A stretch of DNA of 64,000 bases from the human T2T-CHM13v2.0 reference genome, Homo sapiens: assembly GCF_009914755.1 (NCBI RefSeq), contig NC_060947.1; one strand, written 5' to 3'. The position numbers were made by a program, and so were the translations under genes. Shown here in pieces: positions 55,303-64,000 of the stretch (positions are counted from its first letter, which is position 1; every line of letters begins with the position of its first letter). The notes below the pieces were generated by a model. It saw only the letters and a list, made by a program, of their open reading frames with translations, made no database searches and was not told the origin of the DNA.

Positions 55303-55854
55303 CTATTCTGGACCCCACTCAAATCTGGCAGCCTTTCGGGTCACTTGATAAATGAGCTGGAGTAACATACGCAAATGAGGACTGTGTTGTCTCCAAAATT
55401 CAAATAGGCCCACTAGGCGTTGTGTCTCTTTCTTAGATGCAAGAGGCGCCAAATGCAGTAACTTATCCTTCACCTTTGAAGGAATATCTTGACAGGCCCC
55501 ACACCACTGGAACCCTAGAAATTTTACTGAGGTAGAAGGTCCCTGAGTTTTAGTTGGATTTATTTCCCATCCTGTGGCACAAAAATGTCTCACCAATAAG
55601 TCCAGTGTGTTTGCTGCTTCTTGTTCACTGGATCGAATCAGCATAATGTCATCAATGTAATGGACTAGTGTGTTATCTTGCAGAAGCCAAAAGCAATCAA
55701 GGTCTCTCTGAGTAAGATTATGACACAAAGCCGGAGAGAGTTGATATACCCCTGAGCTAATACAGTAAAGGTATATTGCTGGCCTTGCCAGATGAAGGCA
55801 AATTGCTTCTGGTAGCACCTTATGCACAGCAATGGAGAAAAAGGCATTCACCAA
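55303..55854 (-). pseudogene. HERV-L reverse transcriptase fragment
   Basis: LVHYIDDIML...KFLG. The upstream QGY motif is in another frame (ORF 55665..55847), so it is frameshifted. Confidence 0.88.
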
Positions 55855-56487
55855 GTCAATGGCTGCTATCAGGTACCAGGAGATGTGTTAATTTGCTCAA
55901 GCAATGAAACCACATCTAGTCCAGCAGCTGCAATTGGAGTAACCACTTGGTTAAGCTTACAATAATCCACTGCCATTGGCTAAGCTTACAATAATCCACT
56001 GTTAATTTCTTTTGGGAACACCCATACAGACACACCCAGGATCAATACTTTGTATCATTCAATCTAATCAAGTTGACACTCAGTATTAACCATTACAGGG
56101 GGTGTTCAGAAATGACTCTTATGGTGATAAGGGGTGTTTCATTTCACTCTCCAAGACCCATCTGTCTTCTGCACAGAGCAAATGGGAGAGTTGAACGGGG
56201 ATGTAGTGGAAGTTAGCACCCCTGTGTATTTCAAGTCCTTGATGGTGGCACTAATCTTCACAATTCCTCTAGGGATGTACTTTTTTTTAATTTAGAATTT
56301 TCCTAGGTAGAGGCAGCTCAAATGGCTTCCGTTTGGCCTTTCTCACCATCATAGCCCTAACTGTACCAGTCAGGGAGCCAATGTGGGGTTTCTGCCAGCT
56401 GCTAAGTATGTCTATGCCAATTTTGCATTCGGGCACTGGGGAAATGAACAAAGGATAAGTCTAGGGACCCACTAGACTCACTGTAAG

Positions 56488-56766
56488 TCAGACCCGAACT
56501 AAAACTCCATTAATTACCTGACCTCCATAAGCCCCTACTTTAACTGGAGAACCACAATGACGTTTCAGATCCCCTGGAATCAATGTCGGCTCAGAACCAG
56601 CATCCAGTAGTCCCTGAAAGTCTGATAATTTCCCTTTTCCCAATGTACAGTTACCCTGGTAAAAGGTCAGAGGTCTCCTTGGGGAAGGATGAGAGGAAGA
56701 TTCACTGCATAAGTTGTCAGTAATGTAGTGGGGTCCTTCCTCAAGGGCACCTGGCCTTACCTTCAT
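56488..56766 (-). pseudogene. HERV-L protease fragment
   Basis: GLLDAGSE (DTG to DAG) and VKVGAYGGQVING. Confidence 0.75.
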
Positions 56767-56863
56767 TCAAAGGGTTTTGGGTCTGTAAACTGGGTCAAGT
56801 ATGGAAAATGATTGAGGTTGTCATGATTCTGTTTTTATAATTCAAATTTGTCTTTTGTCCATT

Positions 56864-58420
56864 CTACCTAGAAGCTTTCTCCTTATACAAATTAAGGAAG
56901 AATGCAGTAGGCTTCCTACCAATTTCACTTCTAGGAATGCCGTGATTAATTAGCCAATGCCAGAGCTCTACATGAGTCAGACTATTCTGATTGCTGCTTC
57001 TGTCTCTGCTGTCCGTTATGGTAGCTATGCCCACCTTGCCATTCATTGATAATTGAGTGCCAACACTTGGCATCTGCCACCTCGAGATCCAATTATTCCC
57101 ATTGTATTTAAATTTTGTAGTTCAGTGACCATGGTTCCGACTGTTAAATCTGACATACAGAGAAGAGCAATTATAGGGCTCTTCAAAGATGCAAGTGCTG
57201 CCCTCACAAATCTATTTTGCAAGGCATTGGTCAAGGGTACATCTTCTGGACCCTCCCAGCTGGGATGAGTAGGTCTAAAGTGACTAATCCAGTCCACCAT
57301 CCCAGTCTCCCTAAGCCTTTGGATCCCTTCCTCTATATTAAACCAAGGGAGATCAGGCACTTCCAGCTCGCTCACCATGGGCCACCTTTTAATCCATATT
57401 TCAGCTAATCAAGCAAATAAACTATTAGAATCTTTTTTTTTAACTCCCCAAGCTGCAACACTAAAAGCAGAGTCCCTATTTAATGGGTCAAATCAGTAAA
57501 TTCAGCCTGATCCAACTCTATGTTCCTTCCACCATTATCCCATACTCTTAATATCCATTCCCATACCTGTTCTCCAGATTTGCTTATATAAATTAGAGAA
57601 CTCAAGCAGTTCTTTTGGAGTGTAGCCCACTTTCTCATGGGTCACACTCTCAACCTCACCTCTAGAGGCCCACCAGGACTTTACTCTAGTTATAGGTCTA
57701 GAAGCAAACAGGGATGTTGTGGGTTGCTCCTGAGGAAAATCAACATTATCTGTCCTGTCAACTGCCTCAGGGGAGGCCATCACTGTGGCCTTAGGCAATG
57801 CAGGGTTTATTTCCTCAGACAAAGGTGGAAAGGCTGATGGCAGCATGGGTCAAGGAGGGGATGTTGCCATTACTGGGGATGGGGAAGCTGTTCCTTCTGG
57901 CAAAAAGGTTCATCAGAGTTTACAAACTCAGTGTCCTCAGGTTCATCAGCATCCTCCCAAATGTCTCCATTCCAAGTTCCAGGGTCCCATTCTTTTCCAA
58001 TCAATGTCCTCACTTTAACAGCAGACACCTGGCGAGGCTGTGCATGCACCTTTCATTGCAGGTCAGCCACATGCATGATAAGAGCTTGTGTCTGTTTTTC
58101 TCCTATTTCAACTCTTTCTCTAGAGTAGATAAGACTCTCACTAAGGGCAATCTTAGCAGATTGGAGGCTCAGTATTTGCTTCTGAAGCTGGGAGACAGAA
58201 TCCATTGAGTTCATCATTTTCTTTCATCACTTTGTCCACTCCTTGCCTCTCATGAGCGGTGAATCAGGAGTATCAAATGCATTTATTTTACATTACTCTC
58301 TAAACAGTTCACATCAAGGACTATCAGTGTTCTCCATACTATTAGAAGTACAGTCCTTAGCATTTTTGGGCCTAATCATATTAAGCAGTCAACTCCAGAA
58401 ACCCCAAAACCAAGGAAAGA
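56864..58420 (-). pseudogene. HERV-L gag remnants
   Basis: PDLPWFNIEEGIQRLRE...WEGPED (ORF 57043..57378) and LWHWLINHG (ORF 56864..57073) are ERV-L gag-like. Confidence 0.8.
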
Positions 58421-58471
58421 ACTCTATCCTTAATATTGTGTTCCTCTAGAACCACTCCCGTTACCAAAATT

Positions 58472-59004
58472 TGTATTAGTCATGGTTCTCTAGAGGGACA
58501 GAACTAGTAGGATGTGTGTGTGTATATATATATATATATACACACACACATATATATACACACGTATATATACACACACATATACACACACACACACACA
58601 TATATATATATATGTAAAGGGGAGTTTATTAAAGATTAACTTACATGATCACAAGGTCCCACAATAGGCTGTCTGCAAGCTGAGGAGTAAGGAGAGCCAG
58701 TCCGAGTCCCAAAACTGAAGAACTTGGAGTCTGATGTTCGAGGGCAGGAAGCATACAGTATGAGAGAAAGATGTAGCCTGGGAGGCTAGGCCAGCCTCTC
58801 TTTTCACATTTTTCTGCCTGCTTATATTCTAGCCATGCTGGCGGCTTATTAGATTGTGCCCACCCAGATTAAGGGTAGGTCTGTCTTTTCCAGTCCACTG
58901 ACTCAAATGTTAATTTCTTTTGGCAACACTGACACAGACACACCAGGATCAATACTTTGTATCATTCAATCGAATCAAGTTCACAATCAGTATTAACCAT
59001 CACA
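58472..59004 (-). mobile_element. MLT2A 5' LTR
   Basis: 'tgtattagtcatggttctctagag'...'tattaaccatcaca', with an internal ~100 bp (TA/CA) repeat. Confidence 0.92.
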
Positions 59005-60169
59005 GGGGGTGTTCAGAAATGATTCTTATGGTGATAATGGGTGTTTCATTTTAGGTACCGTAAGAGAGAACCAAGTTTATCTTAGAGTGTAAGACCCCCA
59101 CCATTTGTCTCCCCACTTCTAGTGCCCTTGGAAAGTAGTCAGGGAAGACTGAGACCCGATGCTGCCCTCTTGCTCTCTGCAGGAGGTAAGTGAGATTTAT
59201 TTCCAGAAATTGGGGAAGCTAGGAATTGGCAAGATGCAGAAGCGACTGCTGAGAGCTAAGTCCTGCTGATTTTGGTGGGGAGAGATGGCAGACTCTAGGG
59301 AAAAGGGAAATGATGGTGATAGCAGAGGAAGGGGTTAAATAAGGAGAGCCAAGAAATGGAGAAAGGGGAAAAGTTAGTAAACGAGAGGAGGGTTTAATTA
59401 TCACTTTCTTCAAATCAAATCCTGGGGGTGGTGGTGGGAGGATCCTGCAGGCCAAGACAGACAGGGCTCACATTCTAATCCAGAGGCCCAACATCTGCTC
59501 CCCCTTCCAACTCTACAGATTGGAATAATTATCTGGATCCTTTTAGTAAATAAGCATTTAATTGGAGTGTTTAGTTGCTCTGAAGAAAGGCAGGTAAGGC
59601 AATGCCAGAAAGCAACCTCTATTGGGTTTCCCACAGGGAGCATCAGATACCACATAGAGGCCTACTGACAGCAAGGAACATCTACATCCAGGTGACACCA
59701 TGATGGAAGAAATAGTAAGGTCACTCCACCCACTCTGAGGAATAGATAAGGAAGATAACTACCTCTGAAGAGACAGGACCAAAGGCTTTAGGAAGGAACT
59801 GAGAGTTGCAAATTCCTAAGTCATATGGTCTCTGGATGGGTTCAAAAGGCAGCCTTTAAGCTTCCATGAGGGCCCAGGGCCAGTACTGGACTTGCTGCTA
59901 TAAGGAAAAAGAGCAAGGTCAGAAATGGACCTTTAAGTCTTGTCAAAGGGCTGGGTGACATGAAGGACAGTCCCATCCATAAAGACATTTGACTGCCCCT
60001 GGCTACAGGATCAAACATAGTCCTTGTGGTCCACTCTTCCAGAAAACACATGCAAGGCCATAGGTGGCCCATAGGATGCCTGGGAATAGAACAGCAGGGT
60101 GGGCAGGTCAAGGCTGGGTTGGGGTAAGCTGCCCCACACCAGGCAAATTCCCTTTATTTCACAATTGGC

Positions 60170-60172
<3 letters not shown>

Positions 60173-60208
<36 letters not shown>
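60173..60208. repeat. (CA)n microsatellite, read as GU-rich sequence just downstream of the ARHGEF9 poly(A) site
   Basis: Perfect dinucleotide run. Confidence 0.95.
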
Positions 60209-60210
<2 letters not shown>

Positions 60211-60245
60211 ACGAGAGCTATGCCAGGAGGTGTCTTTTTACTTCT

Positions 60246-60251
60246 TTTATT
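60246..60251 (-). terminator. ARHGEF9: Distal polyadenylation signal AATAAA of ARHGEF9
   Basis: TTTATT on the plus strand at the end of the unique UTR-like tract, followed on the minus strand by a GU-rich element. Confidence 0.75.
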
Positions 60252-63103
60252 GAACTCCATAAATATTTTCATAAGGCTTTGTGTCATTACAACATTTTTT
60301 TTGTTAAACATTTTTTAACACACAACTTTGACACTTGTTTGACAGAGTCAGTCAGATAAAAGAAACAAAAGAATAAACTGGCAAATGCAGAGCAGCAAGG
60401 GTAATCAAAGTCACTGTTGCCCATCCATCCACCCCAGCCCACCCCATCCCCAAAGCACTAAAAGATCACTATTTGGCTTCACACTAGAATTGTTAGAACT
60501 CTCTTGTTGCTGTTCTTATAGATCCATTAGAAATATACACATAGAGAGGGGGGGAAAAAGAGAGAATAATTAGATGTCTGTCTTAGGACTCCCCACAGCA
60601 GGTCCCATTGAACACACTAGCAAAGCCTTTTGGAGAGCAAATCCTGGCCTCACTGAGTTGAGGAAAAGGGAGCTCAGGGCCATGCGGAAATTACAACATT
60701 ACAGAATTACTGGGGTTACCATTGCTGTCAGGACATAACAGGTTAGGATACTGAACCCAGGTATTTAATTGGGCTCCCCTTGGGGCTGTTGGCCACTGGT
60801 CTGCTTTGATGCTATAGGCTGAGGGAATACTCCAACCAATGGGGAAATGATTTCTTGTTGTTCACAAATTAGTGGCATCAGGTGATGCCAGTGGGTTCAG
60901 TAGAGGAGAAGTGCGGGTTGAGAAGTAATATCCCTGATCCTGGAGCCCTGGGCAGAAGCCCCAAGGAGGGAGGAAATGAGAGGGCCTAGTCAAGAAATGT
61001 AGGCCCAGAAACTTGTCCAAGCATCCCCTCCCGGTGTGCTGCCAACCCTCGAAGAAGCATGTCAAGGCCAAGCCTAGTAAGGAGGAGTGAGAAGTTGGAA
61101 AAAGAGGTACACTGAAGGGAGGCCTGCATAGCTACCAAAACACTCTGCCAGACAGGATATTTTAGCCTGGGTGCTGGGCACCAGGACCCTTGCCAAAGAG
61201 GCTTACGTAGTTAGGTCATGTGCTGAACAGTGGTGGCCAGTCCCGAGCCCCGGCCCTCTCCCCAGATCAGGCTCATCCTTGACTTATAATACAAGTCTGA
61301 CTTGGTTGTGATGGAATATAAACTTAAATAGCTTGTAATTTGATTCCCACAAAGAAAAGATTCCCAGGCTGGGCAATGCCTGGTCTGGATCAGGAGGCAT
61401 AGAGCAGTAAACATGCTAGCTATGCTGAAGCCTCCACACAGCTATGGCTGCTGCTTGGTAAGCTGAAGTCCTGTCATGATGAAGTCTTCTCCCATGGGGT
61501 TTAGGACAGACTCCCAGTCTCCACATTCCTCACTACAGTGGCTTGCTCTTCACAGCAGAGTTCATCCTTATTCCCTTATACCCTTTTTGTTGTTCAAGGT
61601 CTATCCATGAAAAGGGCTATGTGTGGAGGAAAAACAGGTACTCCAACATCCATAGGAAGCCTGCCTCCTTGTGAAAGAAGTTAGATTTTCCCAAGCAAAA
61701 AGCTGGCCAAAAGCGAGCCTGAGGGTAGCATCCCTGCCTCAGACACGTTATTCAGAGGGAAAATTGCCCCTGGGCCCCTAACTCACTTGCCCCAAATGTC
61801 CTGGGATGAGAGGATGTTGGAAACACGGCCTTCTTTGAGTGCCAGAACAGCTTTAACTATATCAATACCAAAAATCCTCCTGTGCTAGGATGGCAGGAGA
61901 AAGAAGAAAGAGAGAGGGAAAGAAAGAAGCCAGGGAAGATTGTCCATGCAATCTGTTAACAATGGGAGAAGTCTCACACAATTTTAGGGTGGTAGAAAAT
62001 GCAGGTACAATACTGTGGATCAAGGCTATCTCTTTCCATTCCCATCCCTGTTCTTTCTTGTAAAAGGTTACTATCAGACTTGGACCCTGTCCAGGTCAAT
62101 AATTTGAAGGTAGCTGATGATCTTGATCAGGTGGGCTCTGTCTTGAACCCCTCCATACTTCTATCAATGCTGCCCAAACATCTGTAAATGGGAGCAGGGA
62201 CAACCAGGACACTGAACTGATTGCTGTAGAGATCACTGCCCTAAACCTATCTGGTACTAGGGGGCAGGTAAATCCCTCTCCTGGGAGGCAGAATCTCAAC
62301 CTCTGCTTCCAGTTCAGATCTTTTGGGCTAAGGGAGAGACAGGCCTAGGGGGAGACCTATAACAAAAGTGACTTGAAAAAAGAGAATAACTCGATCAAAC
62401 TAACTCCTAGATGCAAAATTGCAACGACCCAGAAGTGCTGCAACATGGGAAACCCCAGTGATAGAAGAAACAGCCTGAATGCAAAATGTTCCCTGAACAG
62501 AAGTCCACTCCAGCATCATCATAGTCTGATACTCCCTTGCTTCTGTTTGGTTTTTTGATCCCTTCACAGTACCTAAAACACAGTAAAAGCAATAGGAATA
62601 CTGAGCAGTTTTGTCACAGGGCACAACAGAGCATGTCCAGACTGGCATGACTGAGGACAGAGGATGCTGAAAAAAGGTTATTTGGGGCAACTGCAGGGCT
62701 GAAGGAACATTTGATAATGATTGGCTGAAGGAGAGGAGAAAGGAGCTCATTCCCTTCCTCAATGGAAAGTAAAAGAGGGGAAAAAACCCTGAAACCTCCC
62801 AACTCTACCACATCAAATAAAATTAAAAATTCATCAACATCAGTATCATCAGAAAAAAAACAATACAAACACATCTATCGTAATAATGACAAGGCAGTGA
62901 ATCACTCACAGGGGAGTAAAGAGATTATCTTAACAAGAAAAGCAATGAATAGAAATGTCAACTTCTGAAAGCAAAGGGAAGGGGGACAGGGTAAAAATGG
63001 AAAACTTTTAAGACGGAATCACATGTTTGGAAGTCATTGGTACCTCTTCCTACCAACCACATATTTCACTTCCCCAAAACAACAGAAAACACTTTTGTTC
63101 CTT

Positions 63104-63107
63104 ATCT

Positions 63108-63146
<39 letters not shown>

Positions 63147-63199
63147 TGTGTGTGTGTGTGTGTATGTGTACTCAAGGGTCTCTGTGTGTGTGTGTGTGT
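63104..63199. repeat. Interrupted (TG)n microsatellite in the 3' UTR
   Basis: Seen directly. Confidence 0.95.
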
Positions 63200-63291
63200 A
63201 TAAATTTCAACAGTGCTTCTCCGAAAAAAGGTCCATCTATAAATATAATTTTATTTACTTTATTTTAAAATTATCTGCCTCCCTGTAGGTA

Positions 63292-63510
<219 letters not shown>

Positions 63511-63714
63511 TTATGTAACAAAGGGCTTCTCAAATTACCCAGTGACCACTCTGGGCAGACAACTCAAGGCAGACTGGTTTAGAGAGTGTGAACTGGTTTT
63601 ACAAATCATCCAAGGGGAGAATTCCTCTTTCAAACAGATTTTGGAATACCATGGCTACTATTGCAACCCTACACACTTCCACATCTAGTCAGGTATCAAA
63701 GAAATTTGGGGTAT

Positions 63715-63848
63715 TGCTATAATCTGTTTTACAGGTGAGAACACTGATATCTGAAAAGAAATGTTATACCCAAGGTCACATGGTAAGTTAGCGACAAAGC
63801 AAGGGTTAGAACCTACATTCTTTGACTACTCAGTTCAGAGCTCTTTCC
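63715..63848 (-). mobile_element. MIR in the last intron
   Basis: 'ttttacaggtgagaacactga...cccaaggtcacatggtaagttag...ggttagaaccta'. Confidence 0.7.
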
Positions 63849-64000
63849 AAGACACCAGAATCCCTTATGCAGGGGTTGGTCCTGCAAAGAACCCAACAAA
63901 CTCTATTTCGCCTTCTCCAGTCCCCCCTGGAAGTTTTAAAAGAGCCTGGTTAAGAACTATTGACTTCAGGACAGGTTTCTAGGAGAAATTTTCTAAAAGC

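Larger units (their letters stand above)
50695..59004 (-). mobile_element. HERV-L provirus (MLT2A LTRs, gag-pro-pol-dUTPase, no env), defective
   Basis: Two MLT2A LTRs with TG...CA ends. TSD GGTGG/GGGGG. PBS-like 'ttttggtaacgggagtggttc' next to the 5' LTR and PPT 'aaggggtggact' next to the 3' LTR. Fragmented gag, PR, RT, IN and dUTPase. Confidence 0.95.
60230..63291 (-). other. ARHGEF9: ARHGEF9 3' UTR (~3.06 kb)
   Basis: Unique, transposon-free sequence between the stop codon and the AATAAA/GU-rich end. The cleavage position is approximate. Confidence 0.8.

Noticed and set aside
59219-63288. Short ORFs in and beyond the ARHGEF9 3' UTR
   Set aside because: Short, no recognisable homology, and several run through microsatellites.

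Overview
Primate genomic DNA, almost certainly human X chromosome. It is dominated by LINE-1 (well over half of the window), with Alu, MIR, L2, MaLR (MST, THE1D, MLT1), MER11 and one complete HERV-L provirus with MLT2A LTRs. The only host gene sequence is the terminal exon of ARHGEF9 (collybistin) on the minus strand: coding 63292-63473 (...[59 protein letters not shown]), followed by a ~3.06 kb 3' UTR ending near 60230. The ORF track missed this exon. No prokaryote-type system (CRISPR, retron, DGR) is present, and all RT/integrase ORFs belong to L1 or HERV-L. The least ordinary signals are structural. (i) Two short locally templated insertions lie inside the HERV-L: an inverted copy of an Alu-plus-flank segment from 6 kb away, placed in an expanded AT microsatellite, and a copy of the 5' LTR/host junction placed in pol at a microhomology. 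(ii) A ~2.7 kb sequence resembles a 3'-UTR-only retrocopy of an unidentified gene. (iii) There are three L1 3' transductions and two twin-priming 5' inversions, one of which creates a 514-aa chimeric RT ORF. (iv) Two neighbouring L1s share private substitutions. (v) A full-length L1PA2/3 has an intact ORF1 and an extended ORF0. (vi) A split L1 5' UTR suggests an ancient ~8 kb inversion. Repeat subfamily names come from recalled consensus features, not a database run, and boundaries of old repeats are approximate.
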